NCBI GenBank assembly: GCA_016935315.1
Contig: JAFGRD010000141.1
Coordinates: 12,616-76,615, forward strand
Length of the DNA stretch: 64,000 nucleotides
Direction of reading: 5' to 3'
From: Pirellulales bacterium
Lineage (GTDB): Bacteria > Planctomycetota > Planctomycetia > Pirellulales > Thermoguttaceae
The position numbers and the translations under genes were made by a program. Below the pieces are notes generated by a model that had not been told where the DNA came from, ran no database searches, and saw nothing but the letters and a program-made list of their open reading frames with translations. Shown piece after piece: positions 19,621-29,345 of the stretch; the first letter of the stretch is position 1; the number at the start of each line of letters is the position of its first letter.

Positions 19621-20886
19621 ATGTTGCCAGCAGCAGCGCCCAACGCGATGTGTGACGCCCCGACCGCCGCGCCGCCGAGAGCGCCCCGACACGAAGTCGC
19701 CGATTGGCGCGATCATCTTCGCCGCTGTCGTCGGGAACCCCTTTGGACCGGCTGGAGCATTTCGGCCGTGCTCCATTTGGCATTGGTGTTGGTTCTAGCC
19801 GCCTTGTTGATGCCGATGCACCTCGGCGAGTTCGGATTGCTGGAATTCCAAACGGAGCTTCAGCCGGAGCAAGCACCGTTGGAGACGTTCAGCATGGCGG
19901 CCGAGGAAGGAGACGACCCGTTGGTCTCGGACCTGGACGAGGCCATTCTGGAGCTCGCCGACCAAACGCTCTTGGCGGTCGCCGAACCGGGCGCCGGCGG
20001 AAGGCGGGGGACCGGCTCCAACGGATCGCAGGAGGCATCGGCCGGTCGGCGCGGCCAGGGCCGGGGACGCTCGGGAGGCCACGCCGAGTTCTTCGGCACC
20101 GTCGCCCCGGGCGACCGGTTCGTCTATGTGCTGGATATCTCCGGCAGCATGAACAACGGCGCCCGAGGCAGGCCGATCAAGGGCTGTCGCTTCCAGCGGG
20201 CGTGCGCCGAGCTGCTCGAATCGATCGATCAACTCCGGGAGGATCAGTACTTCTACGTGGTCCTTTTCTCGTTCAAGACCTTGCGGATGTTTGACGATGA
20301 TTCGCCGCTGCCGCAATTGGCTCCGGCCACCTACGAGAACAAGCAGAGGCTCAAAGACTGGCTCGCGGACGTCGTGCTGGGCGGCGGAACCGATCCCCGA
20401 GAGGCCTTGCGGCTGGGATTGCAGCTGGAACCCAGTGCGATCTTCCTGCTTTCCGATGGCGAGTTCAACGGACAGAAGGAGCCCAGCCGCAACGGCGTAT
20501 TCACGGGGAACCAGGACGTGTTTGAAGTCGTCCAGCAGAACAATGCCGCCCGGATGCCGATCCACACCTTCGCCTACGAAGACCCCCAAGGTTGTGACAA
20601 CATGTACGATCTCTCGACGCAGACTGACGGGCTGTACCGCTTCATTCCGCGAGGGGCCGGCAGCACCTCGGGAACGCGCCGCGACCGCGCGACCGGACGG
20701 GCGACTCCAATCGTGTTGCGGACGTCGCCCGAGGAGCGGGCGGAGTCCCTGTACCGCCTGGCCCGAGTTCTGGAAACCAGCGGCCATCGCCAAGAGGCGA
20801 TCGCGCGATACGAGAAGATTCTCCGGGATTATCCCAATACCGACGCGGCCGACGAAGCACGCCAACGGATCGAGCGCCGCGAATGA
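19621..20886 (+). CDS. von Willebrand factor A (vWA) domain protein with an N-terminal TM anchor and a C-terminal TPR-like tail.
   Basis: TM WSISAVLHLALVLVLAALLM; MIDAS motif VYVLDISGSM...; ...IFLLSDGEF.... Confidence 0.75.
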   Translation: MLPAAAPNAMCDAPTAAPPRAPRHEVADWRDHLRRCRREPLWTGWSISAVLHLALVLVLAALLMPMHLGEFGLLEFQTELQPEQAPLETFSMAAEEGDDPLVSDLDEAILELADQTLLAVAEPGAGGRRGTGSNGSQEASAGRRGQGRGRSGGHAEFFGTVAPGDRFVYVLDISGSMNNGARGRPIKGCRFQRACAELLESIDQLREDQYFYVVLFSFKTLRMFDDDSPLPQLAPATYENKQRLKDWLADVVLGGGTDPREALRLGLQLEPSAIFLLSDGEFNGQKEPSRNGVFTGNQDVFEVVQQNNAARMPIHTFAYEDPQGCDNMYDLSTQTDGLYRFIPRGAGSTSGTRRDRATGRATPIVLRTSPEERAESLYRLARVLETSGHRQEAIARYEKILRDYPNTDAADEARQRIERRE

Positions 20887-20953
20887 CGCGCGAGGGGCCC
20901 AGCGCGCAGTGACCCGGCTGGCCGGCTCATCGGCAAAGGTATCGACGGTATCG

Positions 20954-21838
20954 ATGGCCGCAGACAACAGCGACAACATCCTGACGACGGCTTCGTCGCG
21001 CGGCGTGCTCTACCTCCTGCTGGCGGTCCACGTGCTGGTGGATCTCGTCCTGGTACTCGTTCCCTGGCAATTTACGCACCGGCTGACGACCGTGGTGGTC
21101 GCCTTTCCGATGAGCCAAAACGGCCTGGTGGCACTCGGGGCGGCCGGAGGCAGGGTATCGGCTTGGCTGCGGTTTGTGGTGGCCGTGGTGGGGTTTTCGG
21201 GAACCAGCCTGGTGGCGATCGCCGTGATCCCCGATATCAACATCCATAGCCGCGAAGCCGCGGGCTGGGCTGCCGCGTTTGCCAGCCAGTCGGTGCTGAT
21301 CCTCCTGGTCGTTCCGCTCTGCCGATCGTTGCGGCGCCGGATTCACCGGCCCAATCGCGGCACGGTCGGCGCCCGGCGCCTGCAATTCGGCATCGGGATC
21401 ATGTTGCTCTGGACGGCCCTGATTGCCGCAGTACTCGGGCTGGGCAAGACCAGCTTTCAGCAGTTCGGCTGGACCGAGAACGTAGTCCAGTGGGAATTCT
21501 TCGCCTGCATGCCCCTGATCGGCACCTGCAACGCGGTCTACGCGCTGGTGGTCTTCTTCTCGCTGGCCGGCGGTCGGTGGTTGCCGGGGCGGGTGGCCGC
21601 GGCAGTCGCAGCCAATGGGTTGCTCGCCTATTTCCAGCCGTCCATGCTGCAATGGGTCTCCGCACGGCCGGGGCTCTCGGTAACCGAAGCTGTGGTCATG
21701 GCCGGATCGCAAACGGCCTATCTGTACGGGGCACTGTTGCCGTTGTATCTCGTGTGGCCCGGGAGGCGAACAGGGGGCCCCGGCGGGCGAGCTGCCACCG
21801 AGCACGACACCGAGCAGCCCGCGTCCGCAACTCGATGA
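20954..21838 (+). CDS. Hypothetical polytopic membrane protein.
   Basis: At least six hydrophobic helices. Start at ATG 20954 (MAADNSDNILTT...). The upstream part of ORF 20291..21838 overlaps the vWA gene and is rejected. Confidence 0.55.
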   Translation: MAADNSDNILTTASSRGVLYLLLAVHVLVDLVLVLVPWQFTHRLTTVVVAFPMSQNGLVALGAAGGRVSAWLRFVVAVVGFSGTSLVAIAVIPDINIHSREAAGWAAAFASQSVLILLVVPLCRSLRRRIHRPNRGTVGARRLQFGIGIMLLWTALIAAVLGLGKTSFQQFGWTENVVQWEFFACMPLIGTCNAVYALVVFFSLAGGRWLPGRVAAAVAANGLLAYFQPSMLQWVSARPGLSVTEAVVMAGSQTAYLYGALLPLYLVWPGRRTGGPGGRAATEHDTEQPASATR

Positions 21839-21904
21839 GCCCGAGAAGAGAGGCTCCCCGAAACGTGAGTCGCGTTGGACGGCAAGGCACAGTGCCGGGA
21901 ACCC

Positions 21905-21955
21905 CGGGTGTCTGGTGTGCCCGGGTGTCTGGTATGCCCGCGTGTCTGGTATGAT
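21905..21955 (+). repeat. Three tandem 17-bp direct repeats upstream of xseB.
   Basis: cccgggtgtctggtgtg / cccgggtgtctggtatg / cccgcgtgtctggtatg, then atggtct. The last unit overlaps a TATGAT -10-like hexamer. About 75 bp upstream of the xseB ATG. Confidence 0.7.
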
Positions 21956-22030
21956 GGTCTCGTGCGGGCGGCGGCTTGTGTGTGCTGATTCCGTCTCCCC
22001 CGAGCCCGGCAAACTGACGGAGACCGACCA

Positions 22031-22426
22031 TTGGCCAAGAAAGCACCGAAAGAGAAAGCTCCAGACCAGCCGACTTTTGAAGAGGCCCTCGCCAGACTGG
22101 AGGGGATCGTCTACCTTCTGGAGGATGGTGACATCGGGCTCAACGAGTCCCTGACCCGATACGAGGAGGGCGTACGGATTCTCAGGCAGGCGTACGAGTT
22201 GCTACAGCACGTCGAACGGCGGATCGAGTTGCTCAGCGGTGTGGACGCGGATGGCAACCCCATCGTCCGGCCCTTTGCGACCGACAATGCGGAATTGCCG
22301 GACCAACCGCCCCGGCCCCCGCTCCGGTCGGGACTTCCCCCCAGAGACATCGAGGGTTCCCAGGAAGGACGGAAAGATCGGCAGCCCGGGAATAACGGCG
22401 TGGACTCGCCCGGGGGGCTATTATAG
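22031..22426 (+). CDS. xseB: Exodeoxyribonuclease VII small subunit with a Pro-rich C-terminal tail.
   Basis: TFEEALARLEGIVYLLEDGDIGLNESLTRYEEGVRILRQAYELLQHVERRIELL. Classic XseB. Confidence 0.85.
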   Translation: MAKKAPKEKAPDQPTFEEALARLEGIVYLLEDGDIGLNESLTRYEEGVRILRQAYELLQHVERRIELLSGVDADGNPIVRPFATDNAELPDQPPRPPLRSGLPPRDIEGSQEGRKDRQPGNNGVDSPGGLL

Positions 22427-22511
22427 AATAGGTTTTCGGTTCATCGACCAAGCTGGGCAGAGTGGCAAAACCCCTTGAACCTGAACACCTTCTGCGAATC
22501 GCCAAGCCGGC

Positions 22512-23429
22512 GTGCCCATGGTAGAAACCTCTTCGCCCCCGTTCACCGAGCACACCGAGCAACTCCGGCGGGATATCGACACAGCACTGGAGGCATGCGT
22601 CAGGCAGCCCGACGGATGCCCGTCGCATCTCGCCCAGGCCATCGCCTACAGCCTGCTGGCCCGCGGCAAACGTCTCCGGCCGCTGCTGGTGCTGATGGCC
22701 GCCGAGGCGTGTGGCGGAACGGCCAAAGCGGCCATGCCCGCTGCTTGTGCCGTGGAAATGGTCCACGCCTATTCGCTGGTCCATGACGATTTGCCGGCGA
22801 TGGACGATGACGATCTGCGACGGGGTCGGCCGACCTGCCACAAGGCCTTCGGCGAGGCGACGGCGATTCTGGCTGGCGACGCTCTGTTGACGATGGCGTT
22901 CGAGACGATGGCCACCGGCGTGCATCCGCCACAGGTGGCGGCCCAGTGTTGTGCTGCACTTGCGAGGGCAGCAGGACCTGCTAACATGGTGGGAGGCCAG
23001 GCCGACGATATTGCCGCACAAGAAGGTCCGTCGCGGGGCGGCCGGCAGACGCTGGCGGCGCTGGAGTCGATCCACAACCGGAAAACCGGGGCCATGATCC
23101 GCGTATCGCTCGAACTGGGAGCGTTGGTCGCCGGCGCCGATCGTGTCCAGCAGGATGCTCTGGACCGGTATGGACGGCGACTCGGCCTGGCGTTCCAGAT
23201 TACCGACGATCTGCTCGACGTGTGCAGCCACGAGGCCACCGCCGGAAAGCGGGTGGGCAAAGACGCGGAGCGCGGGAAACTCACCTTTCCCGGTCTGATG
23301 GGCGTCGATCCAAGCACCCGTCGAGTCGAACAGTTGATCCAAGAAGCGTGCGAGGCGTTGAACCCCTTGGCCACACCCACCGACCATCTGGAAACGCTCG
23401 CCCGATACGTCCTCGAAAGGAATCGATAA
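22512..23429 (+). CDS. ispA: Polyprenyl diphosphate synthase (farnesyl/geranylgeranyl diphosphate synthase).
   Basis: First and second Asp-rich motifs: LVHDDLPAMDDDDLRRGRPT and FQITDDLLD. Confidence 0.9.
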   Translation: MPMVETSSPPFTEHTEQLRRDIDTALEACVRQPDGCPSHLAQAIAYSLLARGKRLRPLLVLMAAEACGGTAKAAMPAACAVEMVHAYSLVHDDLPAMDDDDLRRGRPTCHKAFGEATAILAGDALLTMAFETMATGVHPPQVAAQCCAALARAAGPANMVGGQADDIAAQEGPSRGGRQTLAALESIHNRKTGAMIRVSLELGALVAGADRVQQDALDRYGRRLGLAFQITDDLLDVCSHEATAGKRVGKDAERGKLTFPGLMGVDPSTRRVEQLIQEACEALNPLATPTDHLETLARYVLERNR

Positions 23430-25348
23430 TGGACGCATTGCTTTCGACCATTCACTCGCCTCGCGACTTGCGAACCCTCTCGGCCGGACAACTGAAGCAG
23501 TTGGCCGGCGAGATGCGCGAGGCCCTTTGCCGGTTGGCGGGCAGAAGGACCGCTCATTTTGCGTCGAACCTGGGCGTGATCGAGTTGACCTTGGCCCTGC
23601 ACACCACCTTCGATTTCAGCCGCGACCGCCTGATCTGGGACACCGGCCACCAAGTCTATCCGCACAAAATGATCACCGGCCGGTATGACGAGTTCACCAC
23701 GATGCGGACCAAGGGCGGCCTGATGGGCTATCCCAATCCGGCCGAAAGCGAGTACGACCTGTTCATGACCGGGCACGCGGGGTGCAGCGTGGCCACGGCG
23801 CTGGGGCTGAAATGCGGCGACGACCTGCTCCGGCCCGACGACCCCCGGCAGGTGGTGGCCGTGGTCGGCGACGGCGCATTCGTCTCGGGCGTCGTGTTCG
23901 AGGCCATGAACAACGCCGGCGGGCTGAAGAAGAATATGACCGTCGTGCTCAACGACAACAAAATGTCGATCTGCCCCCGCGTGGGCGGATTGGCCGATTC
24001 GCTCGACGGGCTGCGCATGGCCCCGTTTTACACGGGCCTGAAGGTCGAGGTCCAGAGGCTGCTGAACAAACTCCCCGTGATCGGCGACCCGGTCGAACGC
24101 TTCCTCACCCAGGTGAAGGACGCCGTGAAAGCCGGTCTGCTGGGCGGCATGCTCTTCGAGGATCTGGGTTTCCGCTACATCGGACCGGTCGACGGGCACA
24201 ATATCGCCCAGTTGCAGAAGTACCTGACGATGGTGCAGAAATTCGACGGCCCGGTGCTTCTGCACGTGGTCTCGGAGAAAGGCCACGGCTTTCAGCCCGC
24301 CGCCGAAGATCCCGCTTCGTTCCACGCCCCGGCGCCCTTCTCGCACGCCAACGGGTCGGTCGTCTCGTTCAAGATCAGCTCCTCGCGGCCGTATACACAG
24401 GTCGTCCGCGACGAGATCCTTAAGCAGATGCGATCGGATCGGCGCGTGGTGGCCATTACGGCAGCCATGTGCCAGGGAAACATGCTGGAGCCGGTGCGCG
24501 ACGCGTTTCCCGACCGCTTTTTCGACGTGGGCATTTGCGAGTCGCACGCGGTGGCCTTTGCGGCCGGACTGGCCAAGGCCGGCTTGCGACCGATCGTCGA
24601 CATCTATAGCACGTTCCTGCAGCGGAGCTACGATCAGATCTTCCAGGAAGTGGCCCTGCAAAACCTGCCGGTTACGATGCTGCTGGATCGGGCCGGGTTG
24701 GTCGGGCCCGACGGACCGACCCACCACGGCGTCTTCGACCTGACCTACCTGCGGCCGCTTCCCAACGTGGTGGTCATGGCCCCGGGCGACGAGCTGGACG
24801 TGGCGCCGATGCTCGAGCTGGCGATGGCACACGACGGCCCGACCGCCATCCGCTATCCCAAAACCCACGCCGAGACGGTCCCACGCGATCCGGCCCCCGT
24901 AAAGCTGGGAGTCGCCGAGGTGGTGCGGACCGGCGGCGACGGAATGATCGTCGCTTGCGGCGGCGTGCTCAGCGCCTGCATGGAAGCGGCGGAACGGTTG
25001 ACCGACGACGGTCTGGAAATCGGCGTGATCAACGCCCGGTTCGTCAAGCCGCTCGATAAGGCCACCTTGCTCGGGGCGATTCGACAGCACCCGTTCGTGG
25101 TCACGGTGGAAGAGGGTGCCTTGATGGGCGGGTTCGGCAGCGCGGTGTTGGAGGCCGCCTGCGACGCCGGCGTGGACGCCAGCCGGCTGCGCCGCCTCGG
25201 GATCCCCGACCGGTTCATCGAGCACGCCAGCCGCAAGGAACTGCTGGCCGACTTGGGACTTGACGGCCAGGGTATCGCCGCCACCTGCCGCCAATTGGTC
25301 GCGGAATTGCCGCGAAACGAGGGAGTGGATCGGTTGCAGGCGAGCTAA
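23429..25348 (+). CDS. dxs: 1-deoxy-D-xylulose-5-phosphate synthase.
   Basis: MDALLSTIHSPRDLR...HFASNLGVIELTLALH...WDTGHQVYPHKMITGR...GHAGCSVATALG.... Start overlaps the ispA stop (TAATG). The xseB-ispA-dxs order matches the E. coli operon. Confidence 0.95.
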   Translation: MDALLSTIHSPRDLRTLSAGQLKQLAGEMREALCRLAGRRTAHFASNLGVIELTLALHTTFDFSRDRLIWDTGHQVYPHKMITGRYDEFTTMRTKGGLMGYPNPAESEYDLFMTGHAGCSVATALGLKCGDDLLRPDDPRQVVAVVGDGAFVSGVVFEAMNNAGGLKKNMTVVLNDNKMSICPRVGGLADSLDGLRMAPFYTGLKVEVQRLLNKLPVIGDPVERFLTQVKDAVKAGLLGGMLFEDLGFRYIGPVDGHNIAQLQKYLTMVQKFDGPVLLHVVSEKGHGFQPAAEDPASFHAPAPFSHANGSVVSFKISSSRPYTQVVRDEILKQMRSDRRVVAITAAMCQGNMLEPVRDAFPDRFFDVGICESHAVAFAAGLAKAGLRPIVDIYSTFLQRSYDQIFQEVALQNLPVTMLLDRAGLVGPDGPTHHGVFDLTYLRPLPNVVVMAPGDELDVAPMLELAMAHDGPTAIRYPKTHAETVPRDPAPVKLGVAEVVRTGGDGMIVACGGVLSACMEAAERLTDDGLEIGVINARFVKPLDKATLLGAIRQHPFVVTVEEGALMGGFGSAVLEAACDAGVDASRLRRLGIPDRFIEHASRKELLADLGLDGQGIAATCRQLVAELPRNEGVDRLQAS

Positions 25349-25373
25349 ACGAGGTTGCGTAATCCTCGGCGAC

Positions 25374-26255
25374 ATGAGCGAGAAACCTCAGGACGATCCG
25401 GCCGGCGCGACGTTGCGCGCCATCCTGCTCGGTTCCGGCGACCGGCCCGATGTGCTGGCCGCCGCCGAGCAACTGCGACCGCTGGTCGAGCGCTACGCCC
25501 GCATCGTCGTCTCCGATTTCGACTTCTCCGAGGATCTCTCGGCCATTCAGGCGGATCTGGCGATCGTGTTTGGGGGCGACGGGTCGATTCTCCGGGCAGC
25601 CCATCAGATGGGAAGCCGTCAACTGCCCGTGATTGCAGTGAACCTGGGAAAGCTGGGGTTCCTGGCGGATCTGAATCCCGCAGAACTGGGCCACGTGCTG
25701 CGAGATTTCCGGGCGGGAGAGTTGCCGGTGATCGAGCACCTGATGTTCGAGTGCTGCGTGTTGCGTCAGGGTCAGGTCCACTGCCGCCAACTCGGACTCA
25801 ATGAAGTAGCCGTCCAGGCCGGCCCGCCGTTTGCCATCATGGGCGTCGATCTTTACGTTGACTCGGAGCTGGTAACTACCTATAGTTGCGACGGTCTGAT
25901 TGTCAGCACGCCGGTGGGTTCCACGGCACACAGCCTTTCGGCGGGCGGACCGATCCTGCGGAAGGCCTTGCAGGCGTTCGTCATTTTGCCGATCAGCCCC
26001 CACACGTTGACCAATCGCCCGGTGGTCGATTCGGCCGATCGCGTGTACGAGTTGGTGGTCGCGAGGCCCAACGCCGGCACTTCGGTGGTGGTCGATGGTC
26101 GAGTGACCTGTGCGCTGAAGCCGGGCGACCGCGTCCGCGTGGAGAAGGCCGCCGCCCGTTTCAAGCTGGTGGCTGCGCCCGGCCACAGCTACTACCGCAC
26201 GTTGCGCGAGAAGCTCGGTTGGGGCGGGCGGCTGCAACGGAACGACGGATCGTAG
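25374..26255 (+). CDS. nadK: NAD(+) kinase.
   Basis: ...ADLAIVFGGDGSILRAAHQM...NLGKLGFLAD...YSCDGLIVSTPVGSTAHSLSAGGPIL. Confidence 0.9.
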   Translation: MSEKPQDDPAGATLRAILLGSGDRPDVLAAAEQLRPLVERYARIVVSDFDFSEDLSAIQADLAIVFGGDGSILRAAHQMGSRQLPVIAVNLGKLGFLADLNPAELGHVLRDFRAGELPVIEHLMFECCVLRQGQVHCRQLGLNEVAVQAGPPFAIMGVDLYVDSELVTTYSCDGLIVSTPVGSTAHSLSAGGPILRKALQAFVILPISPHTLTNRPVVDSADRVYELVVARPNAGTSVVVDGRVTCALKPGDRVRVEKAAARFKLVAAPGHSYYRTLREKLGWGGRLQRNDGS

Positions 26256-26295
26256 CCGCCGCAATTTCTCCGAACAAACTCGAAAGGAAGCGAGT

Positions 26296-27171
26296 ATGAG
26301 AAAAGCCGTTTCTTGCCTGTTGGCTGGGCTGAGCATTTGGGCAGCCGGTGCTGCAACCCGGGCCGACGACGCCTCGACGTATACGCTCCGCTATCGGTTC
26401 CATCCCGGCGAGACGCTTCGCTGGGCCGTGGAGCACCGCTCGATGATCGACACGACGGTCTCGGGCAGCTCGCAGACGGCCGAGACGTTCAGCAGGTCGC
26501 TCAAGGCGTGGCGCGTGCAAGACGTGCAGCCCGACGGTTCGGCGACCTTCGTCCATTCCGTCGAAAGCGTCGAGATGCGTCAGAAGCTGGCCGGCTGCGA
26601 GGAGGTCCGCTACAACAGCCGCACCGATCCGCAGCCGCCGGTCGGATTTCGGCAGGTCGCCCGGTCGGTCGGCGTGCCGTTGTCCACGGTCACCCTGGAC
26701 GCCCGCGGCAACATCCTCCGCCGCACTCGAGAGCAAGTCAAGGCCGCCGCCAGCGAAGGCCAGATTACCGTGCCCTTGCCCCAGCAGCCCGTCCCCGTCG
26801 GCTACACCTGGTCCTTCCCCCACGAAATCGACGTGAAGACCAACACCGGACTGATTCGCAAGGTAAAGGCGAGGCAGACGTTCACGCTGCAGAGCGTCAA
26901 GACGGGCGTGGCCACCATCGGCGTGGCGACGCAGATCCTCACGCCGGTGGATGATCCGGCAATCGAGTCCCAACTGATCGAACGGGCGTCTTCCGGAACG
27001 GTGCGGTTTGACATCGACGCCGGCCGGGTCATCGCCCAGCAGATGGACCTCGACAAGCGCCTGGTGGGATATCCCAACCCGGCCAGCAGCATCCACTATC
27101 TCACCCGGTTCACCGAAAAGCTGCTGCCGGCCGAGGTCGAAACGGCAAGCCGCTCGGAAGAGTTGCGTTAG
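26296..27171 (+). CDS. Secreted hypothetical protein.
   Basis: Signal peptide MRKAVSCLLAGLSIWAAGAATRA; no homology recognised. Confidence 0.55.
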   Translation: MRKAVSCLLAGLSIWAAGAATRADDASTYTLRYRFHPGETLRWAVEHRSMIDTTVSGSSQTAETFSRSLKAWRVQDVQPDGSATFVHSVESVEMRQKLAGCEEVRYNSRTDPQPPVGFRQVARSVGVPLSTVTLDARGNILRRTREQVKAAASEGQITVPLPQQPVPVGYTWSFPHEIDVKTNTGLIRKVKARQTFTLQSVKTGVATIGVATQILTPVDDPAIESQLIERASSGTVRFDIDAGRVIAQQMDLDKRLVGYPNPASSIHYLTRFTEKLLPAEVETASRSEELR

Positions 27172-27329
27172 GCTGCGCCGGTTGGCCTGGTCCAATCGCG
27201 ACGATCCTCCGTCCTGCAAGCGATGCACCTGTTGGGTAGTCTGCGTCGGCAGCTTTCGACGGTGGCAAGCCGGGCGGCCGGCGTTGCCGATGCTTGTCGA
27301 CGGCCCCAGGGATCTCAGAGGAACCTGCC

Positions 27330-27983
27330 ATGTTCTCGAAGCTTCTGTCCGGCAAGATGGCACTGCGGGCGTTGATCCTCGCAGCCGCAATCGGCGGCCC
27401 GATCGCCTATTTCTCGCCCCCCGAGTCCTGGAAAGACCTTGCCACCAGGTGGTTTGCCTCCGGGAGCAAGGCCATTGCGGGCGACGCCGGCGCGACGGCT
27501 TCCGACGCCGAACAGCCCGTCGACCCCGGAACCCCGACGGGAGTAGAAGGGCCCCGAGTGCAGGATCTCGCCGAAGTCCTGCGGTTCGACGTGACCTCCG
27601 ACTGGATCTTGCGGCGATGGCCTCGCGTATCCACGGGCCTGGCCCATCTGCGATATCAGGGCTATCGCGTGCCGCTGGTGACGGGCACGCAGGCAACCGA
27701 CCTGGCCGGATCGCTGACCTACTACTTCGATCCGCAGCAGAAAGTACAGCGGATCACGTTCTACGGAACGACCGGCGACGCGCGCCAACTGGTCAATCTG
27801 CTGACGACCCGCTATCGGTTCACGCACCGGCTGGCCAACGACCCGGGGCTGGCGCTCTACGAGGCCAAGTCAGCCAGCGGCCGTCCGAGCGGCGTCTTGT
27901 CGGTCACCTCGGCCGGGATCATCAAGGCGAGCGATCCCCACCGGAAATTTGAGGTCGAGCTGGTGATCGAGCGGCCGTCGTAG
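27330..27983 (+). CDS. Hypothetical secreted or membrane-anchored protein.
   Basis: ATG at 27330 gives MFSKLLSGKMALRALILAAAIGGPIAYFS, a hydrophobic N-terminus. Confidence 0.5.
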   Translation: MFSKLLSGKMALRALILAAAIGGPIAYFSPPESWKDLATRWFASGSKAIAGDAGATASDAEQPVDPGTPTGVEGPRVQDLAEVLRFDVTSDWILRRWPRVSTGLAHLRYQGYRVPLVTGTQATDLAGSLTYYFDPQQKVQRITFYGTTGDARQLVNLLTTRYRFTHRLANDPGLALYEAKSASGRPSGVLSVTSAGIIKASDPHRKFEVELVIERPS

Positions 27984-28022
27984 CCGGCAAGCCGGCCCGG
28001 TCTTCCGCGGGCGGTCTGAGGA

Positions 28023-28985
28023 CTACCCGCCGTCGCCTTTCGCCTTCCCTTTGCCCTCGACGGCAGGCGGTTCGTATTCGAACTCCTTCCACACCATGGG
28101 GCGCCGCAGGTAGGGTTCGATCCGCAACACGACTTCGCCGCTCTGGAAGATCCGTACCGTGCCGTTGGTCTGGCTAACGGTAACGGCCACCGCATTGGTC
28201 GCCCGGCTGACGGCGGCGGCGGCCCAGTGGCGGGCCCCCAGCCCTTTCGAGAGCGTTACCTCGGCGGCCGAGCAGTCCAGGTATCGACAGGCCGCTTCCA
28301 CCGTGCCGTCGGCCGAGACGATGATCGCCCCATCCATCTGGGCGATCTCCTTAACGCCCTCCCGCACCCGGACGTCAGCCAGGGTCCGTTCCTTGCGGTT
28401 GTAGCCCTTAACCGGGTCGAAACCGGCTGGACGGCTGCAGGCCAGGACCTTTCGGGCGTCGCCGACGACGAACAGCGTGCCGACCGGCTTGCCCTCGCGA
28501 CCCTCGCGGCCGATCTCCACGGCCAGATCGACCACCATCTTCAGCGTATCCAGGGGCACGCGGGTCTCCAACTGCCGCAGATCGCGCCCGGTGAGCCGGT
28601 TGAGGTGTTCGTCGAGGCTGATCAGGCTGACCGAATCGAGTGAATCGGCGTCGAACCCGCTGTAAAGGGCCACCACGCACGCGCCCGGGGCCAAGAGATC
28701 GTCGGCCACCGCCTCCAGCACCGACTGGGTCAGCCGCTCGTAGATGGGGCTGCCCGGCATGTCGATCTCGACCGTCTCCAATCCGGCTTGCCTGGCGCCT
28801 TCGAGCTCGTCGGCCGCGCCGCCGGATACCAGCACTTTTTCGTCGCCACTGAGCTTCTTCAACCGCTGCCAATCGGCCGGCCCCTCCAGCAGCAAGAGAA
28901 TCACGTCGGCCCCGGCCGATTCCGTCAACCCGACCGCCAGATTGAAGAGGGTCTTGAATTGTTCGGTGAATCGTAACGGCTGCAT
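28023..28985 (-). CDS. Diadenylate cyclase (DisA_N / DAC domain; makes c-di-AMP) with an N-terminal regulatory domain.
   Basis: DAC core ...IAQMDGAIIVSADGTVEAACRYL...LGARHWAAAAVSRATNAVAVTVSQTNGTVRIF (DGA[IV]I and GxRHRAA-like motifs). Start at the internal ATG 28985. Confidence 0.75.
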   Translation of the reverse strand: MQPLRFTEQFKTLFNLAVGLTESAGADVILLLLEGPADWQRLKKLSGDEKVLVSGGAADELEGARQAGLETVEIDMPGSPIYERLTQSVLEAVADDLLAPGACVVALYSGFDADSLDSVSLISLDEHLNRLTGRDLRQLETRVPLDTLKMVVDLAVEIGREGREGKPVGTLFVVGDARKVLACSRPAGFDPVKGYNRKERTLADVRVREGVKEIAQMDGAIIVSADGTVEAACRYLDCSAAEVTLSKGLGARHWAAAAVSRATNAVAVTVSQTNGTVRIFQSGEVVLRIEPYLRRPMVWKEFEYEPPAVEGKGKAKGDGG

Positions 28986-29345
28986 CCGCGTTCGGCCTGT
29001 CGGTTGCCGGGTGTCCTCTTCAGGTTGATGGTGGCGGGGTTGAATGCCAGAACCGCGATGCAGTTTGTGCCAGCGCTTTCCCGCCGAGGCCGTGCGAGCA
29101 GCCCCCGATCCGTCTGAATGTGCTCGCGCGGCACTCACGCCGGAACCACCCCCTTCGGCAACGCGTCTGCCCCACTCGCGTAACAACCCACATATCCACT
29201 GTATATTACGGTTTTTTCCGTGCCAGAGCAACGCTAAATAACGCTGCGCGATGGTGGGAACTGGCCGGTTTCCGGGAGCCGCCTCCCGGAGGGTGGCAGC
29301 GGCGCTGGAGATTTCCCGAATCGTGCAGGCCTGTCCATTGGCGTT

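Noticed and set aside
20291-20953. N-terminal 221 codons of ORF 20291..21838
   Set aside because: They overlap the vWA gene in another frame. The membrane protein more plausibly starts at ATG 20954.
20927-22012. 361-aa minus-strand ORF
   Set aside because: Antisense to the polytopic membrane protein gene; it also spans the direct-repeat region.
22769-25375. 868-aa minus-strand ORF
   Set aside because: Antisense to ispA and dxs, both of which have unmistakable homology.
26161-27696. 511-aa minus-strand ORF
   Set aside because: Antisense to nadK and the secreted protein gene; Arg-rich junk translation.
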